A stretch of DNA of 64,000 nucleotides, from the IMG/VR virus record IMGVR_UViG_3300027977_000006; one strand, 5' to 3'. Made by a program: the position numbers and the translations under genes. Each line of letters opens with the position of its first letter. Positions within the stretch are counted from its first letter, which is position 1. The notes under the pieces are model-generated. The model saw nothing but the letters and a program-made list of their open reading frames with translations. It was not told where the DNA came from and made no database searches. Below are positions 21,201-30,136 of this stretch, piece by piece. The DNA comes from a virus (lineage: Duplodnaviria > Heunggongvirae > Uroviricota > Caudoviricetes).

Positions 21201-21351
21201 CAGATGATTTTGTACTAAGAAGCGTTCTGCCTTTTTTTTGTGTTGATAGTTCAACTGATATTGTTAAATCCTCATATGGTACAAAAAAATTAGAACTAGA
21301 ATCTTGTCCATCAACACTGTTTGGGTCAATTATGTTTAATCTATTGGCCAT
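15274..21351 (-). CDS. Giant baseplate hub protein (gp27/GpD-like) with M15 (VanY-like) peptidase and a C-terminal lysozyme-like domain
   Basis: VEMMGN..IQP.....G.Y.I..VKH.I.....T hub motif; SGFRT..EQ..LY...ARPGTSNHGWGIAVD...EFWHFEY; W..AEG...NPFNTT. Confidence 0.8.
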   Translation of the reverse strand: MANRLNIIDPNSVDGQDSSSNFFVPYEDLTISVELSTQKKGRTLLSTKSSGNVALNDKRVKINFIEGESFGDKRFLTTKFTELTTSFGDENSKENLGITSIDIDFNSSFAPMITIQFIDIRGSAIFQNEEKTANNENDYSVFFQLPYPLYKLKIKGYYGQPVEYCLHMTKFTSRFNSQTGNFEITASFVGYTYAMLSDMLIGYLKAIPYTIIGESKYRKLKEEDPNLLTLDELYDKISKINEEVGRILSNSEEYSQLKLAEGKIGTITDIRGTIQNFSEIIDINKQSATYSFAIVNSTNKDYEKAATTYRESVGKLIDSFNEINNITLDKNEFINIKKYDKLTLKILKDPTNDYAEAKKKLVSSTNAEQTRKDLLTYITNNNYVLQDDYEFNVVDNTNLFKQLEDKLTKINSDIDATKKNLAEGLSLQVKSELDFDPSIRNIVKILTTAAEVFMYCIYEVSRNASSDTDDVRRNELEKVFKNKGNSDIDTDATTNNGQNNLIPKYYPWPDYRKETDKTLEDAYLGEPGVLDNPDNVPELFFIKDLLKAFIEQAQTQNDMDRLAESLKSNWVPSNPLDTRVFENELAPYSRINPKTKDELLVLVLIRAATFLGITNKETTLTSDEIIAMANFEAQAVMNDSPNKATVVQSLSQLSGATGVIKATKGKINGNDSFVLVEENGVYDYRYILPEKNINKYFPINDSFNEVVWPTRFTQLKEKQESGSLFLGNRYFYEDPTNPTNPDDDGAIYLRIVDKDSYVNGAANYSLPTGINTESIIDLEKLKDIEDNINSVGFNCFGGLYGIQEFSQLNWGDEALDGLPLSTLFYSNAVDKSVFANGLGKFRSASNQANQSQPTSSQFDVKPDKYKVSSSLNNIVEMFKESDKMLHMDYGKTIDLMSNVKKGEQNISYPYVHFNIFDEGFIGIGDVSVPISLFGSNLYYGQTKEESKAFLFLHTLPWNGLIQKNYNTFTFDAVKTNTIFTSFSQGNDVDTEILNLFKYRAGFVYAPKLWVAFIGGLLWRYEETSDPIVFFDGTNSLLPTFGTNSPTSHPDVYPKKDEYLTVNEFVNFTTNLDTLRSFPIVPMSFINDNYVSGFGYKYRKLDEVLLKLPKQAKEEFKNSFLDFAKSDDWNAIKSELELTPQGSWSTAYQTTKGSITNDSLETLSVKNRYGKNFDNYIIFNPYIDSEYENNYFLEIKDDTPVTNTLISVLQKEVVISNMSYRIWDKQKLPVNTSTASYITISKENTELYINTFLENFKGMEPITEEQQKKEIKNSIFGTSDDNLIKFMLYRTCKNMYDKWITESEDGDSIFFQCGGRNDSDLSLAKKRTGSNEPKLRLIDSFRFISRSFEDIGDRFAVNPFPIHDIMKTQPNTSLYDMVTSILSSNNFDFIALPSFINYRNPETVQSVFKPFPTYSDSESVSGPSFICMYVGQSSKHLDFKGSNYPNDGFDVRDGDIPPDLTRTSNDYEDPTVFFKVRFGQQNQNIFKDIVLDQSEFAETAESLQIMEDISKKGAETYRTLAGQNIYNVYSVRSYKVEVEMMGNAMIQPMMYFQLDNIPMFHGAYVITRVKHSIKPNHMTTNFTGSRIRKSVTPIFEAGDLYMSLIDTINAANVNPSEPSRPLGSKAFPPIVLTLIDRGGNNGNRDSLGLLPIQTPAGISNTIAGDKAKNQLIPEAVTALNQMLTDWVVWMKSQGFAGNSGVYAYINSGFRTIEEQQRLYDEATCEGRRCVARPGTSNHGWGIAVDFQFLTKSGAIIKNYVDSKPNVGQGYNFNINESIVWLLENGYTYGWIIPEALRDDTGLEEFWHFEYHGKSAACILSQRPKVKTITVSTNKPYKDFVRNPNDKNNTEAVYTTCDYKKVDKNLDGTEETYKLENKNISVVQPSSADIQFYTQILTSLGAQATPENLKFLYAWRQAEGAKAAWNPFNTTQGSPSSTAFSCSKGKAFVKNYASKDAGLKATVDTLTNGYYKDIVDGLKNNIGAYKLSLSKSLFTWGTRAGVNNVLAGSTVNPPAISQSSVQVKTCS

Positions 21352-21661
21352 AAAGTAGGTTGTATGTTTTAACTTCGTTTATATATCTTTGAACAGCGTT
21401 GTCGTAAGGAAAAGGAACCCTTATTGGTGACATGTCTGGAATGTTAAACTCTAAACCACCAAATTGAGGGTTAGCCAATAATATCAACCAGCCGCTGTAT
21501 GGATTATTATAATAAGTGTTACTCATTTTGTCAAGTCTACTAACACCTTTTTTATAAACAGCTAGTTTATCACTTTCAGCTCTTGGAATAGAGATTCCTG
21601 GAAGTGGTCTAATCTGACCGTTCTCTCTAAAATTACTGTATCTATCGAAATATTGTGCCAT
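21341..21661 (-). CDS. Baseplate wedge gp53/LysM-like protein
   Basis: RLDKMS..YY......W.IL.ANP......IRVP. Confidence 0.7.
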   Translation of the reverse strand: MAQYFDRYSNFRENGQIRPLPGISIPRAESDKLAVYKKGVSRLDKMSNTYYNNPYSGWLILLANPQFGGLEFNIPDMSPIRVPFPYDNAVQRYINEVKTYNLLYGQ

Positions 21662-21691
21662 GCTATTTTAATTTTTGTTTGTTTTAATTTA

Positions 21692-24600
21692 TTAATACCA
21701 TTCTTGGAATTTATCACCAACATCTGGAACTTTAACAGCAGCTGGCGCAACTAATTGACCGTTGTAGAACACTTTTAACATATAATTACCTCTAATTAAG
21801 GTACCAGAAGTAATTGTTCCATTGTCTACTTTATCACCCATAAAATATTGTGAACTGAATAATGCAAATGCATTCTTACCATCACCTCTATCATAATTGG
21901 CCGATGTTATAATATCTTCAACTCTACTAGTAGTTGTTGGGTTTGGAACAACATCTAATGTTATTCTAATACCCTTATCTAAAAATGCTTTAAATTCATC
22001 TTCGCTTATCAATAATGTTTGTGTATTTCCAGAATTTTGGAAAATACCTTCTTGTTTTAACCCTACTTGTATAGTAAATTGTTGAAGGTCTCCAAATTGT
22101 TCAATTTTTACATAAGATATACCTGTAATTTTTGGTTCTGTTGTCCCTGTGCTAGGTGGTGCCTGTGGTGCTGTTTTAGCAGCTGCGTTAAGTTCTTCAT
22201 CACAAGCTTCAGTTTGATTTATTTCTGGTTCAATTTGTTTTTCAGATATAACAGTGGTTGTTCTGAACTTATTTATGTTCAAAGTACCATTAACTATCTC
22301 GTATGCTCTATTTGTACTTACTTGAACTGTATCTAACGTATTAGTACTAGCATCACCAGTATTTTCTAATCTTGCAACTGTTGTAGGTGCAGGTTCAGAT
22401 TTTTTAATATAATCAGCTCTTGGGTCGTAAACATGTGTATTCGCATAGTAATTAAACGACAACGCATTCTGCAATTTATTTATTGGGCCTAATAGCGATG
22501 AACCACCAACAATTTTAAGAGATAATGTTACATTTGCAATCATTGGTTGAACACCTATACCTTCTGGATTTAAATCCCAAACAAGTGGTTCATAATCAAT
22601 TGATAAATTATCTATTATTACTTTTGTATGGAAGAAGTCACCAATTCTAAGAATACAAATTGGTGCTCTACCAAAAGCTAAATTATCTGTGTCAAAGTTT
22701 TCAGTTGTTGGGCCTTGTCTAGTACATTGTTGTAAGAATGTTAACCTAGAATTTAACCCTTCTGGTGTCATAGAGTGAAAGGCTGGGTGAAAATATCTAA
22801 TTCTTTCTCTAAATGAATCAAAGACAAAGTTATCAGTTTGTTTTAATTTTTCAAAATACATAGCTTCATTATAGAACCTATTAGTTATTTTTGAATTTAC
22901 ATCAAAGTTTTGTTTTTTAACAACTGGTGTTGGTTTTACTGTTTCTTCAGTGGCCAATGTACTATCAAATTCAATTAATACTTCAGCTCTTCTGTCTTCT
23001 TTACATTGTTTTTGGTCTGGTTTTCCATCTTTAACACAACCAGTATTTGCACCTAATGGTTTGCTAGTTATTGTGGCAACCAATCTATTATCTTGATTGG
23101 TTATACCCATAGCTTTCAAATAGTCATATATTGATTTTCCTCTACCTTGTGCTAATTTTTCGTTAGAAACTTTATCACCTTGAACACTGGCAAATGCAGA
23201 TATCTTTATTTTACAGTATTTGCACTTGCTATCCATATAGGCTTTTAAAGCAGGTAAGAAATTAGGGTCTGATAAACCACTGTAAGATGGGCCATCAATT
23301 TTTATTGGAGTTTTATTTAACCCATAATTATAACCATCATAATATATTGTAAATGGAGCATTAGGTATTGGATTTCCATTGTTGTCTTTTGGTGGTGTAA
23401 CTTGTCCTTGAACATTACCTATACCAAATCCTTCTCCTGGTTCTTGTACTGGTGTGGTACCAACACTACTATTACCGTTATTGAAATCATTATTCAATCC
23501 ATTTTCGTAACCAAGAAGAATTATGTCATCCAAAGTTATTACATCATTAGGAAAGTAAACATCAAATTTAATATCTGGTGGTCGTGGTGTTGCCAAAACT
23601 TGTTGTTGTGGTTCTTGTATTTCTTTTTCGACAATTGAACTTATTTCAGAAACAGTAAGTCTTTCAGCAAATCTATTATTAGGTTCAACACAACCAGCAA
23701 CAAATGAAGCAACATAATTATCTTGTGGTCCTAATGCACCTCTAAATGAATTCATATAACTTGAATGGTCGACAATTATACTAAAAGACAAACTAGCTGA
23801 CCTTTCTGTGTTGTTATATGTATAAACTGGTTCACCTCTACCTATAAAATTTGTTGATTCCCAATTAACAGAAGAGGATTCATTAAATTGAATATTATAA
23901 GGTGGAAACCACATTATTCTGCCTTTGCTTCCAGTAATTAAATCACCTCTTCCAGCTTCCACAGGTGGTAAGTTAGGTAGAAAACCTTGCCAAGCTAAAT
24001 TTTCAATAGATAGCATATAGTTTTTTGGGTCAGATACACTAGTTAAGTTTCCTTCACTATCATAATCAGTATATTTGTCATCAACATATGGTGCGACTTT
24101 AACAAACCCATTATCATCCAATGTTGAATTTAGTGTTTGAAACCTGAAATAATTTTCACCAAATAATTTTGATGTGTCATTAAGACCAGAATTTCTAACC
24201 ATTTTTGATACTTGGTCGTATCTATCTAAAGTAGTCCAACTTCTACAATATGTGTCTTTGGCTTCCGCTCCTTTGTCAACGTATCCAATATCATTGTATA
24301 GACTACCAGCTAAAACAGCACTACCTTTAGATATACCATCAGCATTTGCTGTTGTTATTTGTGATGATGTATAACCCATTTCACCTTTAACAGTGACTAT
24401 ATTTTTCATACCTTTACTGTTAAAAAGTTTTTGTGTTTTAACGAGCAAAGATTTTCTATCACCAATAAGTGGTTCATAATCAGGACTTTTATTAACAGCT
24501 AAACCATCTCCTCCAAATGAACCCCAAGAAAAATTAACATCATTTATTCTTCTATCTGTATATCTACCTATATTTGTATGACCTACAGAAGCTTGTTCTT

Positions 24601-25945
24601 CTGGCGCTTTGAACCCATACTCGCTAATCATTTCGCTTCTGTTATAACTTATTTCAGGTATAACATTGTTTGGGTCTGGTATTGCAAAAGGATATATTGT
24701 CCCTTTATCAGCATCATAAAAAGCATATAAATTTGGGTTTATTGCTTTTCTACCTCTATTGTCCTCATATCCTGGAACATAACCACTTCTAAATGGTGTT
24801 GTTGATGGGTTATCATTTTCAGTTGTGCCAATTAAATTAGCATTTACGTTAGCTATCAAAGCTTTAACTTGTCCTTTACCAGTATTTAATATCATTGAGT
24901 TTGCTCGCTCAATATTACCAGAATTGCTTTCTGATAAAAATATTGAACCAGCCTCATTCAAATAACTAACAGGAACTTGAAACCCTAATACTCTTGATGT
25001 ATAATCAGCTATACGACCACCTAAACTTCTTGGAACCGTAATCGTATAATTTGGCCTAAACCCAGATAAATTACCAGTCTTAACTAAACTTAATATATTT
25101 TCTTCAACATTCAAAGCGCCAAGCAAATCTTCTTGTAAATTAAATGCAGCATTATTTGCCAAAGCTAATGCTAATTGTTGACCTCCAATCAATCCTAATT
25201 TTGTGTCATTGATTAGACCAGTGGCACCAAGCACTCTACCAACCAATGAAGACCTTACATCGTAGTTGGTTACTATACCGCCTTTAGCTAACCCTAAGCC
25301 ATTACCATCCAATATACTACCTATTATATTGGCAGCTTGTACCCCAGCATTTCCGCCACCATTTAACCCACCAAATACATCCAAATAGCTATCTAATTGT
25401 TGTGAGAATCCAGCTGGCTGTAATGAAATAAAATCAGCCATGTCAATTTGTTTGGCTGTATCAACATATAAATTAAATAAAGTTGCGTCTTTTCTAAATT
25501 CAGCATAAGCTGTTTTACCAAATAAACCATATTGTGCAACTTCTTGATTTGCTGATGTTGGGTATGATTGAATACCTTGCGGAAATTCAATATTACCAAA
25601 CACACCTTGAGTCTTTTGTATGTATTCAATATCAAACAAAGAAGGTGATGTTGGGTCATCATCTTTAAATTGATTTGGAAGAATTGCTATTCCATATCTT
25701 AATAAACCTTCTGTTTCAAGTGGAAGACCAAATGGTATTACGTTTGAGTTTCCATTTATACTTGTTTCTAATACAGGTTCACCAATTCTAGGACCACCAT
25801 TTATTGATGTTGATAGAAACGGATATTGTGGTAATAAATTTTTGTTTAATAAAAAGTCTCTATACCCAAGACCAGTTGCAGTATTGGTAATACTGTTTTT
25901 AGTACTTGGTGATGGTGATGACGTGTTATAAAAAGGAAATGGCAT
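21692..25945 (-). CDS. Large baseplate/tube-initiator (gp48/gp54-like) protein with an inserted OmpA-like domain
   Basis: F.E....NW....FIGRGEPVYTYNNTERS..LSF; AP.C.LRIGD......I..L...Y; OmpA-like YFPND...SAFAS....N..LA..R......YL...DRRAEV. Confidence 0.65.
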   Translation of the reverse strand: MPFPFYNTSSPSPSTKNSITNTATGLGYRDFLLNKNLLPQYPFLSTSINGGPRIGEPVLETSINGNSNVIPFGLPLETEGLLRYGIAILPNQFKDDDPTSPSLFDIEYIQKTQGVFGNIEFPQGIQSYPTSANQEVAQYGLFGKTAYAEFRKDATLFNLYVDTAKQIDMADFISLQPAGFSQQLDSYLDVFGGLNGGGNAGVQAANIIGSILDGNGLGLAKGGIVTNYDVRSSLVGRVLGATGLINDTKLGLIGGQQLALALANNAAFNLQEDLLGALNVEENILSLVKTGNLSGFRPNYTITVPRSLGGRIADYTSRVLGFQVPVSYLNEAGSIFLSESNSGNIERANSMILNTGKGQVKALIANVNANLIGTTENDNPSTTPFRSGYVPGYEDNRGRKAINPNLYAFYDADKGTIYPFAIPDPNNVIPEISYNRSEMISEYGFKAPEEQASVGHTNIGRYTDRRINDVNFSWGSFGGDGLAVNKSPDYEPLIGDRKSLLVKTQKLFNSKGMKNIVTVKGEMGYTSSQITTANADGISKGSAVLAGSLYNDIGYVDKGAEAKDTYCRSWTTLDRYDQVSKMVRNSGLNDTSKLFGENYFRFQTLNSTLDDNGFVKVAPYVDDKYTDYDSEGNLTSVSDPKNYMLSIENLAWQGFLPNLPPVEAGRGDLITGSKGRIMWFPPYNIQFNESSSVNWESTNFIGRGEPVYTYNNTERSASLSFSIIVDHSSYMNSFRGALGPQDNYVASFVAGCVEPNNRFAERLTVSEISSIVEKEIQEPQQQVLATPRPPDIKFDVYFPNDVITLDDIILLGYENGLNNDFNNGNSSVGTTPVQEPGEGFGIGNVQGQVTPPKDNNGNPIPNAPFTIYYDGYNYGLNKTPIKIDGPSYSGLSDPNFLPALKAYMDSKCKYCKIKISAFASVQGDKVSNEKLAQGRGKSIYDYLKAMGITNQDNRLVATITSKPLGANTGCVKDGKPDQKQCKEDRRAEVLIEFDSTLATEETVKPTPVVKKQNFDVNSKITNRFYNEAMYFEKLKQTDNFVFDSFRERIRYFHPAFHSMTPEGLNSRLTFLQQCTRQGPTTENFDTDNLAFGRAPICILRIGDFFHTKVIIDNLSIDYEPLVWDLNPEGIGVQPMIANVTLSLKIVGGSSLLGPINKLQNALSFNYYANTHVYDPRADYIKKSEPAPTTVARLENTGDASTNTLDTVQVSTNRAYEIVNGTLNINKFRTTTVISEKQIEPEINQTEACDEELNAAAKTAPQAPPSTGTTEPKITGISYVKIEQFGDLQQFTIQVGLKQEGIFQNSGNTQTLLISEDEFKAFLDKGIRITLDVVPNPTTTSRVEDIITSANYDRGDGKNAFALFSSQYFMGDKVDNGTITSGTLIRGNYMLKVFYNGQLVAPAAVKVPDVGDKFQEWY

Positions 25946-26021
25946 AGTATTTTATGTTTCTATATAAATACTATTGTACCGTAATTTTTAATAAAATAAA
26001 TGATTAACTTGTATATAAAAT

Positions 26022-26051
26022 AAAAAAAGGCACAACTAGTGCCTTTTTTTT
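26022..26051. terminator. Bidirectional intrinsic terminator
   Basis: AAAAAAAGGCAC-AACTA-GTGCCTTTTTTT. Confidence 0.85.
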
Positions 26052-26121
26052 ATTATATTTATTATCATATTTATTATAATACACAATATATTATTATATT
26101 AATATACATTACGTAATAATG

Positions 26122-26152
26122 CAAATAAACCGTTTTTTTTTGACAAAGTCAA
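26122..26152 (-). promoter_or_regulatory. Host-type promoter with no downstream ORF before the terminator
   Basis: TTGACT-N17-TTTATTTG (one mismatch to TAnnTTTG). Confidence 0.5.
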
Positions 26153-26212
26153 GTCTATTTTAGAAAAAAATTATTACAGTATTGATACAACATTGATAAT
26201 CAAGCAAATTAA

Positions 26213-28678
26213 TTAACCCTTTTGAACTTGATTTTTCATTTTAGCAGCCTCAACGTGTATCATCCTAGTTATTTCCCTAACAAATTCTGGGTTTTTGGCC
26301 AAATTCATATTGATTTTTTCGTTTCCAGGTGTCATTAATACAATTTCACCACTTATATTTAAGTCGCCAAATTCATGTTTAACAGTATTTACACCAGCAT
26401 TTTGTGACATTACTTTATCAACTATACCACCTGGTTTCATTGCAAGAATATCATCTTTATTATCAATTGGTGTGACATTTTTACCTTCTAATATAGCTCT
26501 TCTAGATTTACGTACAGATTTTTTAGTTCTGCTAAAAATCCCATCTTCAACACCATATGTGTCTAAATCAAATAACTTTCCACCACCAAAAGCACCTATT
26601 CCACCACCAATAAGAGCACCTAAAGGTACGGTAACTGGAGCCATTATACCACCAAAGGCACCGAGAGCAGCACCAGCTGAAGCACCAGCCAAAGCACCAC
26701 CAAAAGCACCAACACCTTTTAATCCAGCTCTACCTAATGCCGCACCAGTTGACTTTCCCTTTTCTTTTTGTTCACCAAACTCATCATATGCTGCAAAACC
26801 GCCAGCTGCAACACCACCTAATCTTGTAGCCATAGACCCAGAAGCGCCTTTAAAATTAGCACCAAATTTTTGCATATTTGTCATACCAGCTCTATTCATA
26901 GCGTTCATATTTCTGGTGCCCATTATACCACCAGTTCCACCTCCTTTACCAGCAACAGTATTAAAACCAGCGCCAAAAGATAAACCCATAGTATACCATT
27001 TAGCAGCTTCAAGCAAACCTAACCCACCAATAGCACCAAGAATAGCTGTTATTGGGTTTTCAGCGATAAATTTTCCTAAAGGTCCAATTAACCCTGCAAA
27101 TGTCTTTGCAGCATCTTGAATTCCTTTGATTACATTTTCATCACTTAAAACGAGTGCTAATTCTTTTGCTACTGGTCTAAATGCTTTATCAAAAGCCTCC
27201 AAGAAAGGTAATAAAAGTTGTTTCATTTGAGTAACCACATTTGAAAGGGTTTCATCAAATGTCTGTGCTTCTTGTGCTCTTTTTTGTAAACTAGCTTTTT
27301 CTTCCATAGCAGCTTTAATAGCCTCTTGGTCAGCATTGCTTAATTGTTTAACCAATTTTGGTCCACTTTCTAATTGTATTACAGCCTCCCCATCCTTCAT
27401 TGTAGCCGTATTTGCAATAAACTCTTTTGTCGCTGGGTCAAAGTCATATCTTATTTCCTTTTTAATCCCAACAGCTTGGGCTGCTGTTTTTGCAGCAGCG
27501 GCTAAAGTTTCAAATTCCAATCCAGCAGCTTCAGCAACTTTTCTAAGTCTTTGCATTTCCATTGCACCAATCTCAAACTTTCCAGTTTTATCGCTAAAAT
27601 CAGCTGAAGCAGCGGCAGCATTTATCACAGATTCCTCCAATGCATCAACATCGTTTCTGGCCATATACATAAGCTTAAATGGGTCGGCCAATTTAGACCA
27701 TTCACCACCCAAGACTTGTAATTGTGCTGACATATCAACAGCGCCTTCAATGTCAAACAACTTTTCAGCCATACCAGCTGTAAAACCCATATCAATTCCA
27801 AGCTTTGCAGCTCTTTCAGCCATTTTTGCCAAACCTTTAACACCATCTTTAAAGTTGTATTTGTTAAGCATTTTAATATTTTGCTGAATGTTCTTTACAA
27901 CCTTGCTTGAATTGATACCCATTCTAGACGTATCACTCACAACTTGTTTTATAAATTCACCAGTTCTTTCAGCTGAAATACCTTGTTTTTCAAAATCAGC
28001 AGCCATTCTTGCCGCACCTTCAGCACCAATACCAGTACCTCTACCAATAGCAGCAACTGATTCTAATGCTTGAGCACTAAGAAGAGCAGCTCTACCAAGC
28101 TCATCACTAAATGTGCCTTGAATCTCAGCTAATTCTTTTATATCGGCTCCAAATATTGTTGTTTGACCAACAGCTAATTGTAGATTTTTTCTAAACATAT
28201 CGCTTCTAGCACCAAGCAAACCCATGCTGGTAGAAGCTGTTCTTATAGATTTGTCAACTTCAAATAACCCACTCCAAGATTTAAATTTACTATAACCACC
28301 AGAAATTGTTGAATATATTGATTTAACATCTTTTGCTGCCACACCAATAGCTGACAAAGACTTTGCATACTTATTGGTTTCTTTGATTACCTTTACATAT
28401 GTTTTTTGAGTCTCAGTTAATACCTCTAATTGTTTTTGTAACAATTTAAGTTTCTCATCTTCTATGGCCCTTTGTTGAGGTGTAAGTGTTGTTGCTAATC
28501 TTGCGGTTACTTGTGCTATCTGTTGATTGACTGTATTTATATCTTCATTAAGATTTTTTAAGTCCTTCATTAACTTAACATACTCACCAGAAGATTCAGC
28601 AATCTTCTTTCTAAGTTCAGCTTCCCTTTCTAATTGTTCTAAGGCTAATTTAGCCGCTTCTTGTGGTGTTAGTGCCAT
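26213..28678 (-). CDS. Tail tape measure protein
   Basis: Long Ala/Gly-rich helical protein with GAxxGA hydrophobic C-terminal region, lying between chaperone and baseplate genes. Confidence 0.85.
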   Translation of the reverse strand: MALTPQEAAKLALEQLEREAELRKKIAESSGEYVKLMKDLKNLNEDINTVNQQIAQVTARLATTLTPQQRAIEDEKLKLLQKQLEVLTETQKTYVKVIKETNKYAKSLSAIGVAAKDVKSIYSTISGGYSKFKSWSGLFEVDKSIRTASTSMGLLGARSDMFRKNLQLAVGQTTIFGADIKELAEIQGTFSDELGRAALLSAQALESVAAIGRGTGIGAEGAARMAADFEKQGISAERTGEFIKQVVSDTSRMGINSSKVVKNIQQNIKMLNKYNFKDGVKGLAKMAERAAKLGIDMGFTAGMAEKLFDIEGAVDMSAQLQVLGGEWSKLADPFKLMYMARNDVDALEESVINAAAASADFSDKTGKFEIGAMEMQRLRKVAEAAGLEFETLAAAAKTAAQAVGIKKEIRYDFDPATKEFIANTATMKDGEAVIQLESGPKLVKQLSNADQEAIKAAMEEKASLQKRAQEAQTFDETLSNVVTQMKQLLLPFLEAFDKAFRPVAKELALVLSDENVIKGIQDAAKTFAGLIGPLGKFIAENPITAILGAIGGLGLLEAAKWYTMGLSFGAGFNTVAGKGGGTGGIMGTRNMNAMNRAGMTNMQKFGANFKGASGSMATRLGGVAAGGFAAYDEFGEQKEKGKSTGAALGRAGLKGVGAFGGALAGASAGAALGAFGGIMAPVTVPLGALIGGGIGAFGGGKLFDLDTYGVEDGIFSRTKKSVRKSRRAILEGKNVTPIDNKDDILAMKPGGIVDKVMSQNAGVNTVKHEFGDLNISGEIVLMTPGNEKINMNLAKNPEFVREITRMIHVEAAKMKNQVQKG

Positions 28679-29730
28679 TACTTATTATTTTCTTGTTCTT
28701 TATCAAAACCACTACCTTTGACATCTTTAATATCAATCACAGCGTTATATTTTTTCTCTTCACCATTGTCATATTTTTTTATAAACAAAACATTGAAAGG
28801 GTGTTGAGTTCTTTCTTTAGTGTTTTTTGACCTGATTATTATAGAAATACCAGCTTTTTTGTCCTCTAATGTTAACTTTTCATCGTCAAAACTTATGGGT
28901 AAAACTTTGGCTGTGTAATCAATATTATTTTTAAATTCTATTTGTGGATTACCAGCTTTTACGGAATCAAAAACAATTGATTGCGGTGATAAAATTTTAT
29001 AGGTCAATTCTTTATTAAATACAAAACTATCAAAATCAGACCCAATTTCGTTTTTAATTCTACTTCGTCTGAAATCAGAAACAATATTAGCAGCTGAAAC
29101 AAGACCAGTACCTCTAGGTTTTTCACCCTTAACAATTGCAACTAAATAGTTCCATAATGAAGGTTGTTTATAAAAAGCTGTTTTCATTGTTGGGTCGTTA
29201 ACTATTGAATCGTATAAAGCTTTTGGGTCGATTGAACTCACCTCATCTTGAGCTTCAGCATCTGGTTGTTTCTCTGGTTCTACCTCACCACATTTTGTTT
29301 TCTTTTCAGCTAAACTAGATGACTCAATACTTACAATATTATTAAAAAAAGATTTATTTTTTTCACCTTTATCATTTAATGAATCAAACACCAAAGTAAA
29401 TGCGTCATCTCTTTTTTCAGAAGGTTTTATTGTATTTGGATTTAAATTATATTTACCTATTGGGTTTTTATCGTTTTTGTTACCAATCTTTAATGTAAGC
29501 TGAAGAGTATCCCATTTACATAGCGCCTTTTTATCATCCAAAAGAATTTCAAAATCAAATTTTGGTTCAGCCGCTTTAATACATCTTAAGACAATTTTGG
29601 TACCACTCATTAGAGTAAATTCAATTGATTTGTTTTTACCTAACAAACCAAATAACTCTACAAGCCTTTCACCAAGCTTTGTTTTAACATTTTCGTCAAT
29701 CTTGACAGCCTCTGATATAATTTTATTCAT
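28678..29730 (-). CDS. Hypothetical (likely virion) protein
   Basis: 350 aa, coupled to the tape measure start, preceded by TATTTAT. Confidence 0.7.
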   Translation of the reverse strand: MNKIISEAVKIDENVKTKLGERLVELFGLLGKNKSIEFTLMSGTKIVLRCIKAAEPKFDFEILLDDKKALCKWDTLQLTLKIGNKNDKNPIGKYNLNPNTIKPSEKRDDAFTLVFDSLNDKGEKNKSFFNNIVSIESSSLAEKKTKCGEVEPEKQPDAEAQDEVSSIDPKALYDSIVNDPTMKTAFYKQPSLWNYLVAIVKGEKPRGTGLVSAANIVSDFRRSRIKNEIGSDFDSFVFNKELTYKILSPQSIVFDSVKAGNPQIEFKNNIDYTAKVLPISFDDEKLTLEDKKAGISIIIRSKNTKERTQHPFNVLFIKKYDNGEEKKYNAVIDIKDVKGSGFDKEQENNK

Positions 29731-29771
29731 AATATTAATTTGTGTCTTTCAATAAATATCTATTAAAATAA

Positions 29772-29793
29772 AAATCCCCACAAAAGGGGATTT
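29772..29793 (-). terminator. Intrinsic terminator
   Basis: AAATCCCC-ACAAAA-GGGGATTT. Confidence 0.7.
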
Positions 29794-29794
29794 A

Positions 29795-30136
29795 TTAATT
29801 TATTGGTATTTCACCAGTTTTTAACTTTGTTTTCAATGCATCACCGCTTAGTTTGGTTGACCTAGAACCCTTAGCATTTTTATTAGTTTGCTCTTCTTTC
29901 ATTTTTTCATATTGTTCTTGCTTGATTTCAGAATCCCTGTTTAATCTACCAATATAAAATCTTCTTTCGTGCGTTGGCATATTCAATACATTAGAATATG
30001 GCATATTACGCATATACTGTGTGCAAATCCATATTTCTTCTAGTAGGTATTGTTTAAATTCTGAAGTCAGGCCAAAAAAAGTTGAGGTTAATTGGAAGAA
30101 AGGTTTCAACGGAACCACCTCCAGGGGTTCCAACAT
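29795..30136 (-). CDS. Tail assembly chaperone C-terminal extension (gp51/gpT-like), probably reached by frameshift
   Basis: Y..V.NMP..ERRFY motif; overlaps the upstream gene's end across a T7 run. Confidence 0.65.
   Translation of the reverse strand: MLEPLEVVPLKPFFQLTSTFFGLTSEFKQYLLEEIWICTQYMRNMPYSNVLNMPTHERRFYIGRLNRDSEIKQEQYEKMKEEQTNKNAKGSRSTKLSGDALKTKLKTGEIPIN

Noticed and set aside
26295-28073. Long plus-strand ORFs (also 13489-13923, 37113-37409 and others)
   Set aside because: Antisense shadows of codon-biased real genes, with no motifs or expression signals
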